Source: Vairimorpha necatrix (taxonomy: Eukaryota). Taken from it: a stretch of DNA of 64,000 nucleotides. Of the stretch, positions 35,602 to 46,773 are shown piece by piece. The translations under genes and the position numbers were made by a program. The notes under the pieces are model-generated. The model saw nothing but the letters and a program-made list of their open reading frames with translations. It was not told the DNA's origin and searched no databases. Each line of letters starts with the position of its first letter. Within the stretch, counting starts at the first letter, position 1. The stretch is taken from contig CP142732.1 of assembly GCA_036630325.1 (NCBI GenBank), positions 806,001 to 870,000 of the forward strand. Direction: 5' to 3'.

Positions 35602-38600
35602 GCCCTGTATTTAATAGTATACAATAAAAAAAATATTTATGGTGTAAACATAGTACAAATAACATTTAATCGTTTTAATTTAAATATCACTGTGATTAGT
35701 GTATTGTTAAGAAAATTTTTTTTTATTGTCATGACTTGCGACGATAGAATTACAAAATTATACTAATAACACAGAATTGAATTGAAAACACACCAAAATA
35801 ATACTTTGTGAAACGTTTGTATAAAATTATTGATTGTCTTGAGGTAGACTATGTGAGGGGGACTTGTCCTATTACTTACTGCTAAAAATGAATACCTAGA
35901 AAAAATTTTGAGCGTAGCATTCGTATTCGCATGAATAGCACAATCTAATATGCTCATCTCTTGATAAAATAATTATTATTAGATATGATATTTATAGAAA
36001 TTAACATATTATCTTATATCTAATAATTGCTATTTAATGTACTCTTTGCAGCATTTTGATGATGTACAGAGAGTCAGATAGGCAGTAAAAAAAAACAACA
36101 TAATATTTCAGTATGAACCACAAAATAATATATTTAAAACCGAGCTTAATTGGGCAATAATTAATATACCTACTTTATTGAGTTAAATATGTTAATATTT
36201 TTGAATGTTGAAAATTTAGTTGACATAAAACAACTAAAATGATTTATATCCTTAACAATAGTCAATTTTAAACCGATAAATTAAAATTGATATTTATAGC
36301 AAAATAAGTCGAGTAGAAACTCAGAATTAAAATAATAGAACTAATTTATTTACTCCAAATGATTATTTAAAAGATTTATTATAATTTTGTAGTGAAGCTA
36401 AATCTAGATTCTGTTAATTTTCAGAAAATAGAACCAACAAAAAAACTTTTAAATTTATAGAAAATTGTCTAGCCTAAAGTGTGATGAATTAGTATCACAT
36501 GTAACTCTTATATAAGTTTTGTGAAAGTTAATTTGGAACCGAAGCGAATTATTTTTTGCAAAATTTGAGGTTATTCAAGTAAGGTGGTCAAAATCGTAAA
36601 GATTTTAGAATGAAACCTTAAATATAGTGCTAACAAGCGTAATCAAATGATTAGAGGTTAATTCTATGAAAGACAAAGCAATATTTGTGTATATAGAACT
36701 TTAACGATGATTAAAATATGTAATAAGTTAAAATTATACGCAAAATTAGTACAGGGCACCATGTAAGTATAGAGCGGTATACAATTAGAAACATTATACT
36801 TACAAACAAAATCCCCGTAAAAAGGCTCATATTGATGTATTTAAAAGAAAAAAAGCGGCATACGCATAATAAACAGTTAATATTGTTGTAAAAGCACTTT
36901 ATTTTTTTCGTCCTCTTCTCTTTCCATAAGATGAAGTTTTAATATTATTAAAATATATGGAAATGATCGAGCATTGTAAATGCTCTGTTAGAGCGTAAGG
37001 AACAACGACAAATATAATTTACCAGATTCAACTTAATTTGCCGATATAAAGATTAGAAATCATTCATTCTGACTAATAAATACATTTCGAAAAAATAGTT
37101 TCATGGTAATTACATAACATAGAATGATAAAAAAATATAGAAAGATAACGTGGGATGAAAAGTATATTTCCCTGATGCATACATTTAATATTATGTGCTG
37201 AAAACCTTTAAAATCTAACTCTTAGTGTAGACGGGTACATGATCAGGAAAAAAAATGGATAGGACATCGAGTTTTTATTAGTAAACGTAATATCTGAAAT
37301 AGCTGTTATAAAAAGGTATTAGTAGGAGTCACTATTGGATTTTTTTGTATGTTATTAAAACATCACTAAAATTGCTAAAATTTTTAAATGCAAATTATAT
37401 ATGCGATACTGATGATTTACGTACTAATAAATCTAAAAGGCGAATATTAACTTAAAAAATTTATTTTATTAATCTTATTTATATTAACTAATTTTACAAA
37501 CACGAAGATTATTTTAAATTAATCAATATTTTATCGAATGTTTATAAGTAAAAAAATTATTTTTATTAACAATAGAAGATGCAAAGCTTATAATTTACTA
37601 CGATTTTATCTAAAAAGTTTGATGATTAGTTTAATTTCTGAATAATATAAAAAATCATTAATAACAAAAATAAAAAACTATAATTGTTGAGAATAGTAGA
37701 CTGGGGGGTATCAAATAATATTATCGCTATTTATAGTTATCCAACAATAATTCTTATAAATATGAGCTACCTATTATATTTTTTCTGAACAAAAAATTAA
37801 TTGTGTTACATAAAAAATAAATTGTATGAATTAGGTATAGATCCTATAAGTAATATTGTCCAAAAGAACGCCGTTATATCTTTTTTCATACTCTAATAGT
37901 TGATTTAAAAAATCCAGTGCTAGAGCTTTAATCCGCAGTTATTGAGTAAATAATTTTGCAAAGTTGTAGCAGTAACTGGTTACCTTTATGTAAATTCATT
38001 TTTTTTTTTCTATCTATAATTTAAAAAAGGTTATTGTACCTTGGAAATTGATGTATATAGATATTTTAGCAGCCTAATGTTTTGTCGTGAACTGTATAAA
38101 ATTATGTAGGTTCTTTGGGCTGCTCAATAAAAAACATCGAAGGCTCTATCAATAAAAGAGAAACTATAAAGTTTGCTAGCGATATGTGGATTTAACACAA
38201 CCATTATACTTTATTAGGCTTTTAATCGTAACTAACCATTAAAAGTGGATTGTTTAATAGTCCAATCATCTTTCTGAGACACTAACTTACCAATATCAAA
38301 TTCTTTTTTCCAAAGGTTGGTTTTGTATTTTTTAAGACGCTTTGATTTTTGGAATCATATAATATTAATAAATACTGTATAAAAAGAGCTAAAAGTAAAT
38401 CGATTAAAATAAATATATTAATAAGAATTAAACATTCAATTAAGCATTTATGAGTATTTGCCCCCTAAATTGTAATTTATCAATAAACAAATTAATTCTT
38501 AGGTAAATGATCTATACAATTCAACAAAATAGACGATCATTGAAAAAATTAATTTAATTGATTGTATGCCAATTACTAATTAGTCAAATCCTTACAAATA

Positions 38601-38953
38601 TATCATATGTATAAAAATATTGTGAATGATCTGTAAGTAATGCACACATAAATTTATCTGCAGAGATCTGAATATCAAATTTAAAACTTTTATCATTAAA
38701 AATTTTACAATGTTAACTAAGTCCTTTATTTACCTAAATTTATATGGCAAATGAAAAAAAAATCATACAAAAAAGTTATATTGAAAATAAAAAGACTAAA
38801 CTGACACTTTCATAAAAATTATGCAATAATTTTAGTGTTTTAAAATATAAATCACGAAATTATTGGTTAGCTACAAATATTGCCTAATTTATTAAAAAAA
38901 AAATGTCTCCTTTCCTCCTTTATTAACATAAATACAAAAAATGATGAGTGCAT

Positions 38954-39619
38954 ATGTCAGGTAAAAAAAGATTTCAAAATAAAAAGGTCAGAAAATCCAA
39001 TTTAAAAGAGGAGGTATCAGAAGAATCCGGCCCTTCTGATCTCACTAGCGACCTACACCATCAAAAATCCGAAAATTCTAGCTTTTTTTATCTAAAACAA
39101 GCAGCCACGGAAGCAGAAAAGAAGCTAAAAAAAAGACTTTATAAAGAAAAAAGTTACATTCCAGAAAACTTGGATCGAGAACGGCTAAGAACAATTAAAG
39201 AAGCTAATAAGAAGAAGGAGAAAAATATGAAGAAGGAGAAAAATAAAAAGGAAGGGGATAAAAATGTATTAGGACGTGCTAGCCTCCTAATTCAAAAAAA
39301 ACCTAGACAAATTAAAAAGGAAGCAAAAAAAACAGAATCTGCTCCGCCAGAAAATGAAATTATAAGAAGTTTTTCCGACTTTGATGACAGTTTATTTGAG
39401 AAAAAAACAATAAATGGTGTCGTTATGTTTTGTTGTGCGAAAAATGGCTGTAACAAACAATTGCCTACTATTAGTCGAATTAAGCGCCATTACATATCCC
39501 ATACGGATATAAAACCTTTTGTTTGTCCATCAAAATCTTGTTCTAAAAAGTTTTCTAGAAAAGACAATATGCTTCAACACTATAAAGCGCATTGTAAAAA
39601 AACTAAAAAGTACGATTAG
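38954..39619 (+). CDS. C2H2 zinc-finger transcription factor, paralog B
   Basis: Near-identical finger region to paralog A (RIKRHYISHTDIKPFVC...KFSRKDNMLQHY) plus shared YLK..A....KKxLYKEKS.PEN block. First in-frame ATG at 38954. Confidence 0.88.
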   Translation: MSGKKRFQNKKVRKSNLKEEVSEESGPSDLTSDLHHQKSENSSFFYLKQAATEAEKKLKKRLYKEKSYIPENLDRERLRTIKEANKKKEKNMKKEKNKKEGDKNVLGRASLLIQKKPRQIKKEAKKTESAPPENEIIRSFSDFDDSLFEKKTINGVVMFCCAKNGCNKQLPTISRIKRHYISHTDIKPFVCPSKSCSKKFSRKDNMLQHYKAHCKKTKKYD

Positions 39620-39914
39620 CACTACTATATTGTAAAAAAATTGGTTGAACAATTATATCTATAGAACATAATAAATAGTAAACTTTGTTGAAACTTGCAT
39701 TTTTTTTAATGATTGTTAAATTTTTTTTTTTTTTTTCAATAAGTCATATACATGCGACTTGTTGTAAAAATTATTTAAGACATAATTTATTTAGTAATCT
39801 TTTAACATTATCAAAAACAAAAAAAATAACAATATATGCGCGTTTTATTTTTTTAAAAATAAATTGACTCGTGTATATTTTTTATAAAAATAATTTTGAG
39901 TTTAAATGCATATG

Positions 39915-40138
39915 TGGACTGATGGTTTCCCATCAGTCCGAGAAGAATGTTTTAAACTAATGTTTTTATTATTCTTCATACCCTTCTGGGTATGATTTTC
40001 TTTTATATTTATAGATGGGAAAATATTATACATTTCCCTCCATAAACATAGTTGAGAGAAGGAAGAGAATACTTATAGAATCGTATTTTCTGAGCTCCGG
40101 GGCATTTTTAGGACCACCGGAGATCTGTCACTTGACAG
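39915..40138 (+). ncRNA. Candidate structured non-coding RNA (unassigned family)
   Basis: About 7 back-to-back hairpins in a GC-enriched island; imperfect pairs are G-U on the plus strand; no ORF. Confidence 0.5.
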
Positions 40139-41160
40139 CATATATTTTAAATTTAATATAGACGTAATTGAAGACAAAACCATATTTTGGTAAAATTACT
40201 AGCCTTAATTGCAAGAATTTATGACCAATTTGTTTTAGATGATGAAGTAAAAATAATAATCAAAGGTTTTACAATTTAATAGCAACAGTAGGATGTAATA
40301 TATTAAGATATAGAATACTATTTAAATTAAGTCGTTTTTAGTTCTACCTGTACAGGTAATACATTTGCTAAAGCTCTTTTATTTTGATTTAGTATCAACT
40401 ATAAATCAAAGATGGTAATAGAAATATCATACAACAATTTTTTATGAATTTTTTCGGGGAAACATTAATAAATGATAAAAAATTGATGAGTAGCTAGCTT
40501 TTCATATAAGTAGAGGATTTTTTATTAGATTTATTTGATGTGATTAAGGGTGTCTTAATTTCCAGATGATTTTATTACAAAATAGAAATGATCCATATAA
40601 AATCTTAAGAGTAATTATTTGTTTTTTAATTTTTTTCATGAGCTAAAATCCATTTGCAAATATTTCTTAACTGTGCGTCAAATAATAACCATAACCCGAG
40701 TATACGATTTTATATCGATGTGATCTAATGTTTATTGACATGTTTTGTTCTGAAAATGTACTAATCAATTTTACAAATGTAAAAAAGTGATTTTCATTTA
40801 AAACAAGCTATTATTAACCATGAAATCAAAAGGACCGGATTGAAAGAAAGACGATTATAATGAAGTTAAAGTTCAAGACATATCACTATATGATTTTTAA
40901 GAAATTATATAAAAAATAAGTACATCCACTCTTTATTGTTGGAATTCAAAAATTTTTAATATTAATAATTTAAAAGTAGGTAGAATAAATAAATTTGAAA
41001 CCTTTCGCGTTATTAGGCTGATATTTTTTACATTCGATTTCGTTAAAATGCATAAGCTATGAATTTTAATATTTCTACTATAGTCTATACATAAAAGGCT
41101 TTGTTTGCTGTTCGAACTAACTCTTGACTTTGATATTTTATAAAGCAGAAATTTTTTGTA

Positions 41161-41521
41161 CCGGGTTTCCGGGTTATAAGATCCACCCCCAAAGTCGAAT
41201 AATTACGACTTTTTAAATGGAAATTTATATACTAGTAGAAGAGATCCCCATAGCCGGATGGTAAAAAATTAATATAAAAAGAACCCCCTTGATATAATGA
41301 CCCTTCAATTTTACTAGTAATCTGCAGCTCGAAAGCAGTCATAATTATGTTGCCATTGTTTTCATGCAATTTTTTTTAGCATGTAAGATTTTTTTTCATG
41401 GGGGTAAAGTTTCAAAAAATTTTAAAAAAAATTTCAAATATTTTATATCAATAGAAAAGATTTACCCATAGATAAGATCCATGGTTTTTTTTGGGTGGAT
41501 TCTATAAGCCGGAAACCCCGG
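41161..41521. mobile_element. Tc1/mariner-type MITE (361 bp)
   Basis: Imperfect ~33-bp TIRs (CCGGGTTTCCGGGTTATAAGATCCACCCCCAAA versus reverse complement CCGGGGTTTCCGGCTTATAGAATCCACCCAAAA), flanked by TA on both sides; no ORF. Confidence 0.8.
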
Positions 41522-44500
41522 TAGTTTAAAAAACGGGGTACAATAAGGAACTTAGTCAATGGTACGTACGATCATTAAAAAATTTTATTTTAATGTCACA
41601 CAAATAATCTATTTATTTTGTTTACTTCATAATATCATGTTGTAAAAAAAAATCAAAATTGTTGACTGCATTTGCCATAGAATTTGTATATATTGGAATT
41701 CTACTAATACAATAACATCTTTAATAACTTTCAATTTGTTTTGAAAATTAAAATTTTGTTTTTTTAGATACTGTAACAAAATGCCACATTATTTTTGTTC
41801 TTGTTTCATCTATTTCTTAATAATAAAAATTGTTTTATCTATATTTTCATAATCTATTATACTTCAAATAAAAACCTTAAGCAAATAATCAATTTATTAT
41901 TTTATAGATATCCTATAATTAAGATGATTATTTATTTATGTTCGTTTATTGATTTCAATTTTATTTACTCTTATACGACACTATGTCTAATTTATAAACT
42001 TTTTTTTTGTAGATTATTATGATTGAAATCAAAAAAACAATGCAAAATTTAGCATTTTTATATAATGAGGTAAAAATGATTAAAGAGTATATGTATTATA
42101 TTATTAATAAAAATTACAACGTAAATCTATATTTTTATTGATATTTCAATATTTTTTCGCAAATTTATCAACAAAAAACATTAATTATAATTTAAAGATA
42201 TAAATCTGAAATTTAGTACGGCAATTATTAGATAATTTAATAGAACGAATTGTCCAAAGAAAAAATTAAAATTACTCGTCTTAAAATCGTATTTTGTTTT
42301 CTTAAATTCCCAATCGTTTGAATTTTGACTTAATTTATAGAAAATCTAGATTCAAGTCAAAGAAATAAACGTCTCATAAAATTTTTAATGGCCTTTAATT
42401 TATATTGAGCCATCGTCTTTGTCGATATAGATTAGTCGCATACCAAAAATCTACTAGAGGTATCTCGGGGATATTGTTTCAAGAGCAAAGGCTAGAACCT
42501 TACCTATACATTTTAATGTTATTTAGAAGATTCATCAAAATTGTTTTTTGTATTATGAAGTAAAAAAAACATTATTATTTTATCAATTTACTAAACTATG
42601 TATTCATTTAAAATATTTAAGTTAGATTAAAATTAGCAATTGCTTCAAATTATGTTATCTACGTGTTTTAATGAAATAATAACAGCTGTGTATTTTTGAT
42701 TTATTTTTTTATTACGTAAAAGTTTGAGATTTATTAATCAGATCGTATCTATTAAAACAAACTTGGATAATAAGGGAGATTTTTTAAATGTACAAAATTT
42801 AAAGTAAATTTTTTTTGCTAGTCATAAGATCAAACGAACATAAAAAAATGATCAATTCAACTATATTTAATTTCGTAAATATTGCTTTATAGTTATTTTC
42901 TATAAAAAACTACAGAGAAATATATTTTGTTGTTTTTTATAGAATTATAGGTTTTAAGTCATAAATGATTTTTTTCCTTTTCCACTCAAATGTTTTATAT
43001 ATTCTTTTAAGATCTTACCAATGCTTTTATTTTCTAAAGAGTTACTACAGGAGAAGCCAGAAGCGACCCTTTAATATCTTGCAACGAATGGCCGCAAGCG
43101 AGAAAGACATTTGTCGGTCGTTGTATTATATTATGATCCAATAATGACAAACCTGTTATTTGTACATTGTAATATAATTTGTATCGTTTTTGTCATCGTT
43201 GATTTTTTTTGTATAGCATTGTTGTAGAAAAACGATTAATTCTTCAAAGTGAACAGAGAACTACTTTTAGCATTTATTAATAAATAGTTATATTAAATAT
43301 TTTTTTTTATTGTCTCTAATTTAATCCTAAGAAATCTTCGAGATTAGAAATTTAAAAATGTATGACTACTAAGAAGGCTAACTATCTTTATATCGAAAAT
43401 ATAGGATAGGACATGTAAATTCTTGAAATTTCACATCATTTAATTTTTGAGAATCCTAGTGCTAAAAAAAATAATAACCACAATTTTCATGTACTATAGC
43501 ACAAAAATATATTACAAGAGAGATCATTTAAAAAATCCTACGCAAGTAGACTTTCATTAACGTATTTTTAGACAATAATGTGATAACAAATAAATTCTTG
43601 AGAAATAAAAGTGGCACTATCAATATATAGATTAAACAAGAAAATAGTGTTAATTAAAATCAAAAACATTAATAAATATTAGTTTATTTATTCAATCGTA
43701 TATTTTAAACTAAAAAAACTACACAAAAATATTCCCCAATGCGGAACTTAATATTTAACCTATGTGCTTATAATTTATTTTGTTTTAAAATGTTATGATA
43801 CTTTTAATTTTAAAACGATTTTAAAATTGTGACATCATTTATATTACAATAAACATAATCATTAATAAATATCTACAAAAAAATAACATAAAAGTATAAA
43901 AACCTACAAACATATGCAGATTTTTTACTTTGTCTTATTTTTTAGTACGAAATTCTGGCATATAATTATAATATAAATGCCTCAAAACAACTCTAAGAGC
44001 GCAGTTTTTGGCCAATTTTTAATTATTACGTAAAATTATGATATACAAAAGCTTGAATTCGTATTTCTAATTTTTTTTAGTGTCTAATAATATTAATTAC
44101 AAAAATTTAACTGCTTAATAACAAAAAAGTCTCTGGTTCGCCATGCGCGAAAAGTTGTGTCATATGATTAACTTATATATACTATTTAAAAGCTAGTGTG
44201 TCGATAATAGCATTATTTATCATGTTTAAAAGTAAAATAAACCAAAGAACATTAGTTTAACTATTATAAATCCTTTAAACAAAGAGCGCTAAAGTACGAA
44301 TGAATATAAACTTATAACAGGATCCTCATAGAAAATAAGTTGTATTAAAAATCACGTTGATTTATGTTCGAATACTTAGTACAATGTAGATTTTATCTTT
44401 TCAAGAAAAAAGATATTTGAATAAATTCATATACTATATTGTAAATAAGCATATATATACTGAGCTCATATATGCAATTGTAAAATTCTATTTACTATGT

Positions 44501-45677
44501 TATGATTTAAAAATATATATGTATGTAAAAAATCAGTGTGCATTGAGAATTCAATAGATGTTCTGTATGCTTTTTGAATCAAATTTTCATTTATTCCATA
44601 TTGGTTCTAAAATGATCCATTTTACTGTTTAGACCGAAAATATCGTTGTATTGAAATTTTACTATTTCAATAAAAAAAAATTGACAATAACGTCATATCG
44701 TAAGTTTTTTTTAATGGCCAACATATAGTTAATTACTGCCTAGTAATTTAGAGAGACATAACATTATAAGATCAGGTTATGTTTTCGATGCATGCAAACG
44801 ATTGATAAATCAATTTTAAATGTTGATGCGTAATTAATTCAAAAAAAGAAGCAAAGAAGATTTTGTCAATAAAATAAGCTTGGTGGTTTGTGATTCTGAT
44901 GCGATATTTCTATCATCAGAAAAATGCAATTATTCTGATTATAATTAGAGCATGTTTTATATAATGGTATCAGTAATCTGTTTGTAGCATCTTTAAAGAA
45001 AAAACTTCATTTTTTCAGAATAATATTCATTGCCGGGCGATATTCCGATAATCAGAAAGATTAGATTTCTAAATATTTATATTTAGATATAATGAATATG
45101 TAAAAATCTTTGACCCAAAGCATCAAAATTCAATATAAAGACATCATTATGAAACAACGGCTGCATATGTTTAATAAGACTGAATGATAACACTTTGCAA
45201 GTATAAAAAACTTAGAATTTAATTAAAGTTATTTTTTGTTACCATCAATATTACAATTTATTACCATAGTGTCATTATTAAAATAATAGTAGAGATAGAT
45301 TAATCATTTCACATTATGTTTGATTTAAACAAAATATAACTACCTAAACGTATGATAAGCAAAATATTTAAATTGAAAAAAGATATTAATAAAATATTAT
45401 TTCATTCTTTACAGAATGGAATGCATCACACACTTACAATATATTGGCGTATGTTCAAACAAGATATGCACGAAAACAAAAACTCATTCCATTTTTCTGG
45501 TAAATATCAAGTATTTGTGGCGCTGTCAATACAATTTAAGTAATTTATATATCAAAAACATATATATTAAAAAAATAAAACCATTTTTCCTGCTCGAGGC
45601 TATTTTTAGTTTTACTTTGTTATTTATACTTCTATTAATTAAAAAAAGTTTTAATAATTTAATTAATTTTGCCCCAA

Positions 45678-46595
45678 ATGATTTCGTTATTCTTATTTGA
45701 TCTATATTTAACATTCATACCTGATGTTACTGCATCTAACGACACCCTAGTTGAACCACTGAATGGCATCACTAAACTTAATAGCAGTCAAGTCTGCAAT
45801 GCGTTGCAAGGAAATTATGAAGTTCTTGATTTGTCGGTTGAAACTATAAAATATCTAGCGAAATATTTTTGGGAGATCGTAACAAATGATTCTTTATTTA
45901 GTTACTGGACGAAGAAAAACTGGACTGATTATAAAAACGAAGAAGTTAGAAGCGAAATTAAGCAGGCCTATTTAGCTTCAGTTTATAATATGTTTAATTC
46001 GACAAAATGGGATATTATATCATTAAGATCATTTTAATGCGAAAAGCTTAATTTTGTCGACTATTTAAATATAGCAACAAGTACTCATTTTAATAATATG
46101 ATTACTTGCTATAAAGATTTTATTAAAAATTCAGATTCAATCAATGAAGCTACTCATCTCATCATTCAAAATAGCACATGTTTTGGGTTTAAACCTGGAA
46201 ACAATCTTCCTAATGTCATTGGTAAGATTTGTGATGGAATATCAGAATCCTGGCGGGATTGTTTTGGTGGAAATAATATGAGGACAATTTTCTTTAAACT
46301 ATATGACAACAGATTACAATCTTTGTCTTCAGTTTGTTCTAATACAAGCCATAATTTTAAGACAACAAAATATAGTGAAAATATTGTCACCAGTACTAAA
46401 GTCTACGATGATTATGTTATAAAAGAAAATGATGCAATTGATACCGAGAAAATAGGATATATTAATCTGGGAATGTATTCTCTTATATTCCTAGCTGTTC
46501 CATTTTTGCTTTTTATAGTAGTGTTGTCATATAAAAGATCTTATAGAAAGACTAGCTACAAAGGAGTGAAGCAGAGGAATATAGGATCTATTTAA
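45678..46595 (+). pseudogene. Putative type-I membrane glycoprotein interrupted by a single in-frame TAA (46035-46037)
   Basis: CCCCAA-ATG and a signal-like N-terminus. ORFs 45669-46037 and 46098-46595 share one frame with no other stop between them. Many N-x-S/T sequons; C-terminal TM segment followed by a basic tail. Confidence 0.7.
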
Positions 46596-46644
46596 GCTTC
46601 TAATAAGCAAATTAAAGTTGTGTTTTAAAAATTTTTATCGTGAG

Positions 46645-46768
46645 TGTCGTTAAATCGTTTATTAATATTTTCCATCCCCTCTTTCCAGCATGAATTTATA
46701 TAGTTTAATTGACCAATCATCTTGCAACAATTGTATCATATTTTGTGGCCCCTGTACTGGCCACGACA
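46645..46768 (-). repeat. 3' LTR
   Basis: Identical to 50424-50547; preceded on the minus strand by a short purine tract GAGGGAG (PPT). Confidence 0.95.
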
Positions 46769-46773
46769 CTCCC

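Larger units (their letters stand above)
34282..35607 (-). mobile_element. Tc1/IS630-like DD34E DNA transposon (frameshifted) with minisatellite-built inverted termini
   Basis: TA|CAGGG...CCCTG|TA ends. Transposase fragments on the minus strand: HTH region (35029-35400), FLDETGFN (~34920-34950), VLIMDNASFH-(34 residues D to E)-LNPIEEFF (34412-34804). Confidence 0.9.

Noticed and set aside
35345-35665. Repetitive ORFs and a possible CRISPR-like array
   Set aside because: These are tandem 22-23-bp units with no spacers that form the transposon terminus; the ORFs are translation artefacts.
39918-39940. CTGATG as a hammerhead ribozyme core
   Set aside because: It reads CTGATGG, is sequestered in a perfect hairpin, and lacks a correctly placed GAAA/UH.
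43040-43130. Short GC-rich island
   Set aside because: No tRNA cloverleaf, TIR partner or ORF could be found.
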